From an uncultured Clostridia bacterium (GTDB lineage Bacteria; Bacillota; Clostridia; Oscillospirales; Oscillospiraceae), in assembly GCA_947367115.1 (NCBI GenBank), contig CANBCW010000001.1, forward strand, positions 12,296-76,295: DNA of 64,000 bases. Direction: 5' to 3'. The notes beneath the pieces are model-generated. The model did not search any database and was not told the DNA's origin. It saw only the letters and a list, made by a program, of their open reading frames with translations. Position numbers and translations under genes: made by a program. Shown piece by piece: positions 1 to 10,178 of the stretch (position 1 is its first letter; each line of letters opens with the position of its first letter).

Positions 1-1053
1 GGCTGGAACGATATTGCCATCACTTATACGGATGGCCGCATTGAAAAGTCTGCGGAGCATTTCTACTCTCCCCAGCACGCCATCGACATTGTGAAGCGAC
101 TGTTGCACCACAGCGGCATGATCATTGACAATGCAACTCCCATTTCTCAGGGACATTTGCCGGGAAACACCCGTATCACCGCACTGAAGGACCCCATCGT
201 GGACGAGGACCGTGGTATCAGCGTGTCCATTCGTCTGCTGCACCCTTCCCGTGTGGATCGGGCGCAGTTAGTCAAGGGCGGCAACTCCACCCAGAAGATG
301 ATTGACTTTCTGTGTATGTGCCTTCGCTACGGCGTATCCTTTGTGGTAGCCGGTGCTACTTCCTCCGGCAAGACCACGCTGTTGAACGCACTGTTGTCCA
401 CCATTCCCGACAATAAGCGTATCTTCACCATCGAATCCGGCTCCCGTGAGCTTTCTCTTGTCCGTAGCAGAAATGGCATTATTTCCAACAATGTGGTGCA
501 TACCCTGTCCCGCCCTTCGGAAAACGCCGCACACGATATTACACAGGAAGATCTGGTGGTGGCATCGTTGCGGTTCAACCCCGACATTGTGGTGGTTGGT
601 GAGATGCGTGACACCGAAGCCTACTCTGCAGTAGAAGCATCCCTAACCGGTCATACCGTTGTGTCCACTATCCATGCCTCTGCCGCCGATACCGCTCATA
701 TGCGTCTTGCACTGCTATGTCAAAAGCGGTTCCCCATCAACTTCCAGACCTCTTTGATGCAGGCAGGTCAGGCTTTCCCCATCGTGGTCTATGCCCACAA
801 GCTGGAGGACAATTCCCGTAAGATCATGGACATTTCCGAGTGTGTCATCAACCCAGACGGTGAACGGGAGTATCGGTGCCTGTTCCGGTATAAAATCACC
901 GGCAACGAAGTCAAGGGGGACAAGTTCTTCATTGAAGGCTGCTTTGAGCAGCCGGAGATTATGAGCGACAATCTGAAAGCCAAGCTGGTGCAGTTTGGTG
1001 TTCCCCAGAGTACGCTTCAGAAATTTCTTGTGAAAGGAGCGGATTATGTATGA
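1..1053 (+). CDS. tadA: CpaF/TadA pilus assembly ATPase (5' partial)
   Basis: Frame open from base 1; Walker A GATSSGKTT, LRFNPDIVVVGEMR, GHTVVSTIHA motifs. Confidence 0.9.
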   Translation, partial: GWNDIAITYTDGRIEKSAEHFYSPQHAIDIVKRLLHHSGMIIDNATPISQGHLPGNTRITALKDPIVDEDRGISVSIRLLHPSRVDRAQLVKGGNSTQKMIDFLCMCLRYGVSFVVAGATSSGKTTLLNALLSTIPDNKRIFTIESGSRELSLVRSRNGIISNNVVHTLSRPSENAAHDITQEDLVVASLRFNPDIVVVGEMRDTEAYSAVEASLTGHTVVSTIHASAADTAHMRLALLCQKRFPINFQTSLMQAGQAFPIVVYAHKLEDNSRKIMDISECVINPDGEREYRCLFRYKITGNEVKGDKFFIEGCFEQPEIMSDNLKAKLVQFGVPQSTLQKFLVKGADYV

Positions 1054-1973
1054 TTGCGCCCATCTTCGGTCTGGTGCTGTTCACATTGGCTATTGTCCTG
1101 ATTTTGGACCTGAGTCCCCGGCGAGTCACAGATGATTTGCTGCAGATTATCACGCCGCGTCAAACTCTACATGAACGGGTAAAGGCCATTCGCAGCGGCA
1201 AAAAGAAAAAGGGGCTTTATTATAAGCTCATGTCCATGAAAGCCGCACTGGAAGCCACCGGAAAGCAAAAGCAATTCGCACTCATCTGCTTTGCTTCCCT
1301 GGTACTGTTTGCAGTTGGTATCTTTACTTCCATCCTCATCAACAACCTATTTCTGCTTCCGGCATTGTCCGTTGCTTTTGCACTGATTCCCTTCATCTAC
1401 ACCGCAACCACCATTTCCTCTTACGAAAAGAAAACCAAGGAAGAGCTGGAAACCACGCTGTCCATCATCACCACGTCCTATATCCGCAGCGACGACATCA
1501 TCGCTGCGGTGCGGGAGAATATCCCCTATATCAAGCATCCTTTGAAACAGATCTTTCTTGCTTTTGAGGGTGATGCCACCGCTGTTTCCTCCAATGTCAA
1601 GCGAGCCTTGTACAACATGAAGGACAAGCTGGACGATGAGATCTTCCGAGAGTGGTGCGATACCCTGATTGCCTGTCAGGACAACCGCGCCCTGAAGGAC
1701 ACCCTACTACCGGTGGTTGCCAAGCTGACGGACGTGCGGATTGTCAACAATGAACTGCAAGGTCTGTTGGCTGCCGCTCGGAACGAATACTGGGTGATGG
1801 TCGCTCTGGTAGTAGGTAACATTCCTCTGCTTTACCTGCTGAATAAAGACTGGTTCCACACTCTGCTCTTTGAAACATCCGGCAAACTGGTACTTGGTAT
1901 CTGTGGTGTGGTCATTCTTGTCACCGCACTGTTTATGATGAAGTTTACCAAACCCATTGAATACAAACGGTAA
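1050..1973 (+). CDS. tadB: TadB-like membrane platform protein
   Basis: Multi-TM protein directly after TadA with ATGA overlap. Confidence 0.75.
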   Translation: MIAPIFGLVLFTLAIVLILDLSPRRVTDDLLQIITPRQTLHERVKAIRSGKKKKGLYYKLMSMKAALEATGKQKQFALICFASLVLFAVGIFTSILINNLFLLPALSVAFALIPFIYTATTISSYEKKTKEELETTLSIITTSYIRSDDIIAAVRENIPYIKHPLKQIFLAFEGDATAVSSNVKRALYNMKDKLDDEIFREWCDTLIACQDNRALKDTLLPVVAKLTDVRIVNNELQGLLAAARNEYWVMVALVVGNIPLLYLLNKDWFHTLLFETSGKLVLGICGVVILVTALFMMKFTKPIEYKR

Positions 1974-1985
1974 GGAGGTTTTGAA

Positions 1986-2855
1986 ATGCTGCAAATCATC
2001 ATCGGCGTTCTCATCGGCATGGGTGCTTTCTTCATCCTTGTTGATGCCTATGCCATCCCTTATTACAAAACCTCCAAAGCGGTAGCATCCTTGAGCAAAT
2101 TGCAAAAGGAAAAGACCTCCGAGCTTGACCTTTGGCTGGGTGACATTGCCACATGGCTTTCGAAGATCATCCCCATGGACCCTTTCAAAAAATCCAAACT
2201 GGAAGCGGATCTGAAAACCGCCCAGATGGACATTACCCCCGAAATGTTCCGTGCCAACGCCATCGTAAAAGCCATGTTGGTAGGCATTATGGCAATTCCC
2301 ACTCTGTTCATCTTCCCCCTTCTTTGCCCCGTGATTTTGATTTTGGCTGTTGTCCTGTACAGTATGGAAATCAAGTCCGTCAGCAAACGAATTCAGGGCA
2401 AGCGAAAGAAGATCGAATATGAGCTGCCCAGACTGGTATTCAACATCGAAAAGACCCTGAAACACAATCGGGATGTGCTTTATATGCTGGAAAGCTACGC
2501 AAAAACCGCCGGTCCGGAAATGAAATATGAGCTGGATGTCACGGCGGCAGATATGCGTTCCGGCAACTACGAAGCCGCAATCACCAGACTGGAAGCCCGC
2601 GTCGGCTCCTCTATGATGAGTGATGTGTGCAGAGGTCTGATTGGCATTCTCCGTGGTGACGATACCGAAATGTACTGGGCCTCCTTGGCAATTAAGTTCA
2701 GCGACGCCCAACGGCAGCAGCTTCGCATTCAGGCTCAGCAAGTGCCTCGGAAAGTCAAGCGGCTGTCTATGTGTCTGCTGGTCTGCTTCATGCTGATCTA
2801 TGTAGTGGTCATTCTCGCCCAGATCGTCAACTCCCTTGGCGTTCTGTTCGGGTAA
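1986..2855 (+). CDS. tadC: TadC-like (type II secretion F domain) membrane protein
   Basis: TM pattern, ELPRLV motif, position after TadB, RBS AAGGAGG. Confidence 0.75.
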   Translation: MLQIIIGVLIGMGAFFILVDAYAIPYYKTSKAVASLSKLQKEKTSELDLWLGDIATWLSKIIPMDPFKKSKLEADLKTAQMDITPEMFRANAIVKAMLVGIMAIPTLFIFPLLCPVILILAVVLYSMEIKSVSKRIQGKRKKIEYELPRLVFNIEKTLKHNRDVLYMLESYAKTAGPEMKYELDVTAADMRSGNYEAAITRLEARVGSSMMSDVCRGLIGILRGDDTEMYWASLAIKFSDAQRQQLRIQAQQVPRKVKRLSMCLLVCFMLIYVVVILAQIVNSLGVLFG

Positions 2856-2867
2856 GGAGGTATACCA

Positions 2868-3278
2868 ATGCTGAAAAACATTCTGAATAAGAAAGCGGAA
2901 GGCTATATCGATGTTTGTGTCGGTGTAGTCGTTTTCGTTATGGTGCTGGTTATCTCCATCAACATTTTCAGCTTCATTACCCTGAAGGTGGAAATGGACC
3001 AAATCGCAGAGGAACTGATTGAAGCCTCCACTTATTACGGCGGCTTCGATACCCGATTTGATATCTGCTGCGAGGATATGCAGGATGATTACTTTGACTT
3101 CGATGTGAGCTACGGTGCAGACTCCTATTTCAATGCCACCTATGAACGGGTCCAGCTTGGTGAGCGGATGTGGGTCACAGTATCCAAGCAGACCTATGTA
3201 AAAGGACTGGGGATTTTCAAAATCCCGGTAACAGTATCCGTTACTCGTTCCGGACTGTCTGAAAAGTATTGGAAGTAG
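2868..3278 (+). CDS. Pilin-like protein (TadE/DUF4320-like)
   Basis: Short basic leader, EGYID, then a hydrophobic helix: prepilin-like N-terminus. Confidence 0.65.
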   Translation: MLKNILNKKAEGYIDVCVGVVVFVMVLVISINIFSFITLKVEMDQIAEELIEASTYYGGFDTRFDICCEDMQDDYFDFDVSYGADSYFNATYERVQLGERMWVTVSKQTYVKGLGIFKIPVTVSVTRSGLSEKYWK

Positions 3279-3286
3279 GTGCTGCC

Positions 3287-3760
3287 ATGCTGAAAAACAA
3301 GCGAGGCGAAGGCTATATCCAAGCCTGCGTCATGATCCTCATTTTGTGTATGCTCATTGCCGTATGCTTGACTTTTGTGTCCACAGTCAATACAATCCGG
3401 GTAGTGGAACGCAACACAAGAATTGTCCTGGACAGCTTCGTCATGGAGAACTCCATCCTCATCTATGACTCCATCAAAAACGGCAACGATTTCACCGAGG
3501 CGGTAGACATCAGTGCATACCATTCTCAGCTGGCATATTACAATGGCCTAACCAACGCCGGTATCTATATGTATCATTTCTGCGAGGATGGTAGCTGGGA
3601 TTACCGCATTTCCAGACCGACTCTGAGTATGACAGAAACCAACTCGCTGAAAATCGCAGCCAAATACCGGATTGTCATTCCCATCTATTTCGCAGGAAAG
3701 AAAATTTCCAATGTTACCATCCCCATGACCGTAGAAACCAAATGGACAGACAAATTTTAG
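3287..3760 (+). CDS. Second pilin-like protein
   Basis: MLKNKRGEGYI plus hydrophobic helix; N-terminus resembles that of the preceding gene. Confidence 0.6.
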   Translation: MLKNKRGEGYIQACVMILILCMLIAVCLTFVSTVNTIRVVERNTRIVLDSFVMENSILIYDSIKNGNDFTEAVDISAYHSQLAYYNGLTNAGIYMYHFCEDGSWDYRISRPTLSMTETNSLKIAAKYRIVIPIYFAGKKISNVTIPMTVETKWTDKF

Positions 3761-3772
3761 GAGGATTTGATT

Positions 3773-4525
3773 ATGAGAAAATCTAAACTGTTTCGCATTT
3801 TGGCTCTGGTGATTATCCCTGTCGTACTGGCTGTGGCACTTGGCTTCATCATTGCCGGCAATCAGGGCAAGGACACTGATCCGACAGTAAGCACCACAAC
3901 CTCTTCCATCCATGTAGGTGCCCCTACCGATCCTACTGATCCCGATCCCTCCATCGGCTCAGAGGCCCCTTCCACGCCCACCGATCCTGATGTTCCCACC
4001 GGTTCGGACGAAATCCCCGATGACGACACCGGCCTGACACCGGAGGAACCCACAGAGCCTTCGCAGACTCCCACCGAGCCTACTAAACCGGATAACAGCA
4101 CCCCTGTTATCCCCGAAAAGCCCGTGCAGCCTCCCGTGGATGCCGAAGATGATACCGCCCAGGGTGGCATTACCATCGGCGGCGGCACCACAGAGTACAG
4201 CTGCGGAACTGCCGGTCACAACTGTGACGGTCCCGAAACCCACGCTTACATTCAGAACTTAGAACTGAAAGGTTGTCCTCACTGTGGCTCCCATAGCTGT
4301 GCCAGTTTCTACGCTGTCGATGAATGGGGCAACACCTGTTACACCCCCAGCAAATGTCCCAGCTATGACATCCACAAAGATCCCGTGTATTACTGCCAGG
4401 AATGTGGCAAGGCTTGCGGTGATGGTACAAGCGGCACCTGTGTGCAGTTCGTAACCGGTTGTAACTGCCCCAACTGCGGCGAAGCCGTGGACAGCAGAAC
4501 CTGCCACAGCTGCAAAGAAGATTGA
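3773..4525 (+). CDS. Membrane-anchored Pro/Thr-rich stalk protein with Cys-rich C-terminal domain
   Basis: N-terminal TM, PTDP/PTEP repeats, 16 Cys in the last ~110 aa; RBS AGGAGG. Confidence 0.75.
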   Translation: MRKSKLFRILALVIIPVVLAVALGFIIAGNQGKDTDPTVSTTTSSIHVGAPTDPTDPDPSIGSEAPSTPTDPDVPTGSDEIPDDDTGLTPEEPTEPSQTPTEPTKPDNSTPVIPEKPVQPPVDAEDDTAQGGITIGGGTTEYSCGTAGHNCDGPETHAYIQNLELKGCPHCGSHSCASFYAVDEWGNTCYTPSKCPSYDIHKDPVYYCQECGKACGDGTSGTCVQFVTGCNCPNCGEAVDSRTCHSCKED

Positions 4526-4540
4526 TATTCCCCCCCTCCA

Positions 4541-4572
4541 AGGGTCCGACTTTCTGTCGGGCCCTATTTTTA
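4541..4572 (+). terminator. Terminator-like hairpin inside the Tad operon
   Basis: AGGGTCCGAC-TTTCT-GTCGGGCCCT followed by ATTTTT. Confidence 0.5.
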
Positions 4573-4588
4573 TGCAAAAGGAGAAATC

Positions 4589-7504
4589 ATGAGAAAACAT
4601 TTTATTCGCATTGTATCCCTTGTGCTGGCAATCCTGCTTTTGACTACCACCTTTGCCGCCGGTTCCTTCGCTTTGGAATGGGACGGTGACTCCGTAGATG
4701 GCGGTGGTAATGGTTCTGCCGCAGGCATGATTGGCTTTGCGCTTAGAACCACCGGCGACAATGTACTGGGCTATCGGTTTAGCCTTGTTGATGCCAGCGG
4801 CAACAACAAAGTATCCAAAGTAATCGATGTATTCCGCAACACAAAGGCCGGAAACAGCGGATATTCAACGCTGTACAGATTTGTCCCCAAATACAACAAG
4901 AGCCAGCTCATCAAGAATCAGGATGGTGCTTTCTCAACCAGCAAAAAGCTGACCAACAGCTACAAAGAAGCTGATATGGGTTTTGCCACTGTCCTGCCCA
5001 CGCCTGAAGATATGGTTACTTGGCAAAACAACACCACCAATCTGAACAAAATTCTTGCCACACTCGGTGCAGGCTCTATTGACGATTTGGTGTTGGGCGA
5101 CAAGGTGATTGTAGAACCGATTTACGATGTGCGTCTGGAAAGTGTCTGGCACGCCGTCACCGTCACAGAGATCGCTGTGTACGGAAAGCACATCTTTGGT
5201 GCAGACACCAAGATTGAGTCCAGCAAAGACTCCGAAACCTTCGGCTTTATTGCAAACTACACCAACAAGCATTACCCCAACGAACTGTTCACACCGGACG
5301 GTCAGGGCTTATGGACTGGTGCCACAGCCACATCCAAGCGCCTGACTTTCCGAACAATTATCAACTACGGCTATGGCGTTGGTATTGCCTATACGCAGGA
5401 AACCGGCACAATAGAACCCGACCTGATTGTAGATCTCTGTGAAGCATGGCCCGGTGAATTCGGGTATTACACAGATCTCCATGGCTACAGTGTCGGTCCT
5501 ACCTTCGATGATTGGTCCTATGAGCGTGGCTATCCCATCATGGGCGAAGATGTTTGGTTTGACATTCGTTTCCCCCGTGAAGCAAAAAACTATTATGTTC
5601 GCCAGACCGTTTCCATTGATGGCAGCGTTCCCACTAGCAGAGAGGTTTGGAGCGACCGGGGTCTCTGGTATTCCGTAGCCCCTGAGCCTACAACCGTTTC
5701 TGCAGACAAAGCATTCTATACCATTGTTGCTCGTGTGGACTGGATTGATGAGGACGGTACTGTTCTGAAATACGGAGCCGAAAAGACCTTTTACATTCCC
5801 GTCCAGCCGAAGCTCAATCGATACGAGGTAATCGCCTATGGCTGTACCGGCAGAGAGCAGGCAAGCAGCGGTATGGACGGCTCATCCGGTGCAGTTTATT
5901 ACGGCCAAAGGATCTACACCCGATACCAGTACACCTCTGACAGCAGTTGGACTTCTTACAATAATCTGTACGCGACCATGTATCACTGGGACGGGAAGGA
6001 TTGGGAATCTACTTATGATGGCCCAGACGGAAAGTTGCTGAATACAGCCATGTCCTCGGACAGCACCAAAACAACGCAAAGTGCATTGGGTTTCACGATT
6101 GTTCCCAACAACTCTGCCTCTGGAAAAAATGTAATCCCCTTCAATATGACTACTGAGTGGACCGCAGATCCCCTTCACACGCAAGAAACTGATCGTTATG
6201 AAATCCCCATTCTCATTGCTGATGTCGCACTGGAGGAAATCTATTTGGTCAACGCCAATGGTGCTCGTTTGGACCACACCAAATTAACCATAGGTCAAAC
6301 TGTCTACATCCGCTACAAATACCGGAATAACACAAACTGCACAGTCTATGTAGACGGATTCAATACGAACCGGGAAAGCATTAGTGCCACCGGCGTATAT
6401 CGTATTCCTGCCAATGGTGTTATCACAGTTGCCGGTGGTTCTATGGTAGTAACTGAAGAAGATTTCAGCATCTGGGGTGGTGTGTATCTGGAGGGAGCAG
6501 GTCTATACAACACCGAGTATGAACGTGACGGTACCAACAACGAGCTGACCTTGAACTGCAACGCATCCTATCCTTTGGAATTATCCCCGATTGTCCCCAA
6601 TGCCGCCTATCGGGAGGACACATCTGTCATCACCAGCTTCTGGCTGATTAACAATGGCAGCACGGATGTAACCCCGGACAGCAACATTTCGATCCGTATG
6701 CGGGTATACAGCAAAAACGGTGCTCTCATAACCACCAAAACCGTGTCCCTAGTCATTGTCCCCAGCAATGACCGCAATCTGTATTATTTCAAATGGGACG
6801 TTCCCAAGGGGCTAAGTGGAGCATCGGTACGCATCAAAGCTGAAATCATTGAGGACGGAATCGCTTACGGGGGCTGTAACCGTGGCTATGCCACCCGTCC
6901 TTTCCCGGATTATGACACCCCGGATACCGATTACGAAGCAAAGGCACCTGATGGCTTTACTGTATCCTCCATTCCTACCGCAACCAGCAACTATGCCGCT
7001 TGGTGGCAGTGGGCGTGGGAAAACGGCGAGTTTGTCAGGAAGTTCTATGGCATCGGCATTCCGAAAACCTCCTCCGAAACGCTAACCCCGGATGAACACA
7101 GCAATTCCACCTTCTCAGGTGGATATTGGACCATCAAATCCGGCTATGGCGTTTGGCTGCGAGCCCCGAATCGTCTATCCCGTGTATCCGGTTATGAAAT
7201 TCCCGGCACAGATGCTTATACCGTTCCGCAGTTTGCGTACGCCGCCTATCCGGAATTCAGTTACAAATATGGTGCAGATCTGTGTACCACATTGACGCTG
7301 AGGTCCGGCTTCTGGTATTTCTCCGATCCCTCCAACCCTAAGTATCATTACACCCCCATCTACTTCCCTGATGGGAGATATGTAGTGAAGATCGTCAAAT
7401 CCGATATGTGGACTCCTGCCGGTATGATCGGTGCTGTATCCACCACCAAGCCCATCACTGTCAAGGATGCCGCCTATGATGACTGGTTTGTTGGTCGGGA
7501 GTAA
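4589..7504 (+). CDS. Large secreted beta-rich protein, candidate adhesin
   Basis: Signal peptide; T/S/Y/G-rich 971-aa ORF closing the Tad locus. Confidence 0.7.
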   Translation: MRKHFIRIVSLVLAILLLTTTFAAGSFALEWDGDSVDGGGNGSAAGMIGFALRTTGDNVLGYRFSLVDASGNNKVSKVIDVFRNTKAGNSGYSTLYRFVPKYNKSQLIKNQDGAFSTSKKLTNSYKEADMGFATVLPTPEDMVTWQNNTTNLNKILATLGAGSIDDLVLGDKVIVEPIYDVRLESVWHAVTVTEIAVYGKHIFGADTKIESSKDSETFGFIANYTNKHYPNELFTPDGQGLWTGATATSKRLTFRTIINYGYGVGIAYTQETGTIEPDLIVDLCEAWPGEFGYYTDLHGYSVGPTFDDWSYERGYPIMGEDVWFDIRFPREAKNYYVRQTVSIDGSVPTSREVWSDRGLWYSVAPEPTTVSADKAFYTIVARVDWIDEDGTVLKYGAEKTFYIPVQPKLNRYEVIAYGCTGREQASSGMDGSSGAVYYGQRIYTRYQYTSDSSWTSYNNLYATMYHWDGKDWESTYDGPDGKLLNTAMSSDSTKTTQSALGFTIVPNNSASGKNVIPFNMTTEWTADPLHTQETDRYEIPILIADVALEEIYLVNANGARLDHTKLTIGQTVYIRYKYRNNTNCTVYVDGFNTNRESISATGVYRIPANGVITVAGGSMVVTEEDFSIWGGVYLEGAGLYNTEYERDGTNNELTLNCNASYPLELSPIVPNAAYREDTSVITSFWLINNGSTDVTPDSNISIRMRVYSKNGALITTKTVSLVIVPSNDRNLYYFKWDVPKGLSGASVRIKAEIIEDGIAYGGCNRGYATRPFPDYDTPDTDYEAKAPDGFTVSSIPTATSNYAAWWQWAWENGEFVRKFYGIGIPKTSSETLTPDEHSNSTFSGGYWTIKSGYGVWLRAPNRLSRVSGYEIPGTDAYTVPQFAYAAYPEFSYKYGADLCTTLTLRSGFWYFSDPSNPKYHYTPIYFPDGRYVVKIVKSDMWTPAGMIGAVSTTKPITVKDAAYDDWFVGRE

Positions 7505-7514
7505 AGGAGGCAAA

Positions 7515-8111
7515 ATGATTGAGAAACGAATGATGGGTGATTATGAAATCATCCACGCAATGCACATTGGTGACAGGGAAATCGTTGTTGGAGATAACCC
7601 CAATGCCCCGGAGGATGAGCGGTATCTGTGCGTCACTTGTCAGTACATCGATATTTTTGTAAAACCCGAAAACGCCGTGTCCAGCGATGATTACACCGAA
7701 ATCATTCAGGAATACGGCAAGCGTGTTGCTGAGCAGGCGGAGAGAACCCGTCCGCTGGTGACACAAGCAAAGGCTCTGGGCATCGACATTCGCATCCTCA
7801 CCGAAAAGGATTGCCAGCGTATCGACAGTAACGATGACATCAACAACCGCATTGTTGTCATCCGCCCCACCGCTCTACGCCGGGAATACCAGATGTGTAC
7901 CAATCAGATTATGCTTTGCACCGGTGGCTTTGGTGCCTATCCTCACAGCCGGGGCAGTGCCTGCTACTGCATTGACCTCTATTCAGGCAAGCAGTGCCGG
8001 CAGGAACGCAGAGATATTATGGGTACGCTGAACCGTAGCCAGCTTCCCAAATGGGCAGAAGCTACCCTTCATCGGCATGAGCAATCCAAAAAGAGGGGAC
8101 ATGAACGCTGA
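7515..8111 (+). CDS. ICE hypothetical protein
   Basis: RBS AAGGAGG before ATG 7515; coupled to the next gene. Confidence 0.75.
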   Translation: MIEKRMMGDYEIIHAMHIGDREIVVGDNPNAPEDERYLCVTCQYIDIFVKPENAVSSDDYTEIIQEYGKRVAEQAERTRPLVTQAKALGIDIRILTEKDCQRIDSNDDINNRIVVIRPTALRREYQMCTNQIMLCTGGFGAYPHSRGSACYCIDLYSGKQCRQERRDIMGTLNRSQLPKWAEATLHRHEQSKKRGHER

Positions 8112-9067
8112 TGGAAATGACCGTTAGACCCATGACCCCTCAGGAGAAAAGCTATTGCTACGCACAAAGCCAGCAGTTGACCATGCAGACTGGAAGTATC
8201 GGTTATTTGAGGGCGGATTTTGACACCAACGGCAACAGCTTCTATACCACATGGTTCGACCACCGTAAGGAGCTGAAAAGTGCCGCCTTCAAAACAGAGT
8301 TTGATGATGTCATCAACGCACTGCGGGGAAACCCAGCCTACGGCGGCTTGCTGAAAAGTCGAGCAGATATGAAAGCGTATTGCAAAGACCACGCATTGGC
8401 CTTCCCCGGAAACTATGCCACCGAGTATGGTATTCGGGTTGATACCGATCACTACGCCTATCTTCTGCGGATGAACCCCACCAAGGGCGATTACAACCTG
8501 TATTGCTACTGCTATGTCCGACAGTGGCTGGACCGACATTTGACGCAGGCGGAGCGTGGTATTCGCTTTATCTCCCCGGAATACAAGGAGAAATTCCGTA
8601 TTGCCGACGGCGATAAGATCCGCATTATTCGCTCTGATGGTGAAAGGAATGACCGAGTCTGCCGATATGTTGACGATTATCACTTTGAGTTAGGCAACAG
8701 CATGGGGTTATTCCATATCTGCGAATTTGCTGAGAAGATGGAAGCATCCAATGTGCAGGCGATTATTCCCCTCCGGGCATCACTTCCTGACAAATGCTTC
8801 AGCTATCTGCAATCCACCGGTGAACTGATTGTCATTACCAAAGGTGAGAAAGGATATACCCCTACTGGTAAATATGGAGATGGCACTACGCCCCGTGAAG
8901 CGGTCAACGCAGCCAACAAAACGATAGGCGTATCCAGAGCGCAGGAAGAGGCTATGGTAGTCGGTTCCATGTTCGGATGGGACAAGCCCGGTGCTGACCC
9001 CAAAAACTACAGCGAAAACGGAGTTCCTATCCGGCCTAAGCATCGAGATCGAGGTGACGCACGCTGA
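8111..9067 (+). CDS. ICE hypothetical two-domain protein
   Basis: 318-aa ORF, TGATG overlap. Confidence 0.75.
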   Translation: MEMTVRPMTPQEKSYCYAQSQQLTMQTGSIGYLRADFDTNGNSFYTTWFDHRKELKSAAFKTEFDDVINALRGNPAYGGLLKSRADMKAYCKDHALAFPGNYATEYGIRVDTDHYAYLLRMNPTKGDYNLYCYCYVRQWLDRHLTQAERGIRFISPEYKEKFRIADGDKIRIIRSDGERNDRVCRYVDDYHFELGNSMGLFHICEFAEKMEASNVQAIIPLRASLPDKCFSYLQSTGELIVITKGEKGYTPTGKYGDGTTPREAVNAANKTIGVSRAQEEAMVVGSMFGWDKPGADPKNYSENGVPIRPKHRDRGDAR

Positions 9068-9813
9068 GCGAGCAAAAATACATTGCATCCTGCAGCGGCG
9101 GTAAGGACAGCGTAGCAACCTTAATTTTGGCGGCTGAGAATAACGAACCACTTGATGAAGCCATATTCAGCGAAGTGATGTTTGATAAGGACACCAGCGG
9201 CGAAGTCCCGGAACACCGGGACTTCGTTTACGATGTTCTCAAACCCTTCTGTGAAAAGGAAATGGGCATCAAGTTCAACATCCTTCATGCCAGTAAAACC
9301 TATGACGATGTATTCCACCATATTATCGTCCGAGGACCCCACAAGGGCTTAAAGCGTGGCTTTGCATGGCCCGGCATGTGTGCTGTAAACAGAGATTGTA
9401 AAATCCCTCCCATAGACAAATACAAGAAAGGTCTGTCCCCCAACGCCGTCACCTATGTTGGCATTGCACTGGATGAGCCTGTTCGTCTTGCAAGGCTGGA
9501 CGGCACAAACAAAATCAGTTTGCTGGAAAAATATAAACTGACTGAAAACGATGCCACCGCCCTCTGTGCCCAATATGGTCTGCTGTCACCCATTTATGGG
9601 CACTGTCGCAGAAACGGCTGTTGGTTCTGTCCAAACGCCAGTGATGCGGAGTTACGGCATATACTCACACATCATCCCAAACTCTTTGAACAACTGCTCC
9701 AATGGGAGCAGGAGGATAACCTGTTCCACCGCCGCATAACACGCACTGAAACCCCATCCGAGGTCAAAGCCAGGCTATTGGCTGACCACCGGGTGGGGTG
9801 TTCTATTTCATAG
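9064..9813 (+). CDS. PAPS reductase-family protein (probable CTG start)
   Basis: In-frame extension gives YIASCSGGKDS PP-loop; CAVNRDCK and RNGCWFCP Cys motifs. Confidence 0.8.
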   Translation: MSEQKYIASCSGGKDSVATLILAAENNEPLDEAIFSEVMFDKDTSGEVPEHRDFVYDVLKPFCEKEMGIKFNILHASKTYDDVFHHIIVRGPHKGLKRGFAWPGMCAVNRDCKIPPIDKYKKGLSPNAVTYVGIALDEPVRLARLDGTNKISLLEKYKLTENDATALCAQYGLLSPIYGHCRRNGCWFCPNASDAELRHILTHHPKLFEQLLQWEQEDNLFHRRITRTETPSEVKARLLADHRVGCSIS

Positions 9814-9824
9814 GAGGTAACATC

Positions 9825-10169
9825 ATGAACGCAAAAGAGGCCAATGTCATCCTTCGTCAGAAGGTACGGGCGGAGCTGTCCAAGTTCCGCCGTCATTTAC
9901 TGTCGCAAAGCCAGCAGACTGTTTTGGATCACGCCTATGAATATGCCACCAAGTCGGATATGGTAACGATCATTCACGAAACGGAGTTTACTCTGTCGGA
10001 GGCCAAGGGTCTGCTGTCCCGCCCCGGCTTGTTAGATGCCATTTTCAAAGAGTACGGCAATCACTCCAGTAATTCCATGGATGTACTGGTATCCTTCATC
10101 TCCGATAAAGCGGAAGAATACGCGAATACATCACAGGCGGCATCCATCCGTAGTACCGGAGCAAGGTGA
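9825..10169 (+). CDS. DUF3848-like protein
   Basis: RBS AGGAGG; LLSQSQQTVLDHAYEY motif. Confidence 0.6.
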   Translation: MNAKEANVILRQKVRAELSKFRRHLLSQSQQTVLDHAYEYATKSDMVTIIHETEFTLSEAKGLLSRPGLLDAIFKEYGNHSSNSMDVLVSFISDKAEEYANTSQAASIRSTGAR

Positions 10170-10178
10170 GGTAGCACT

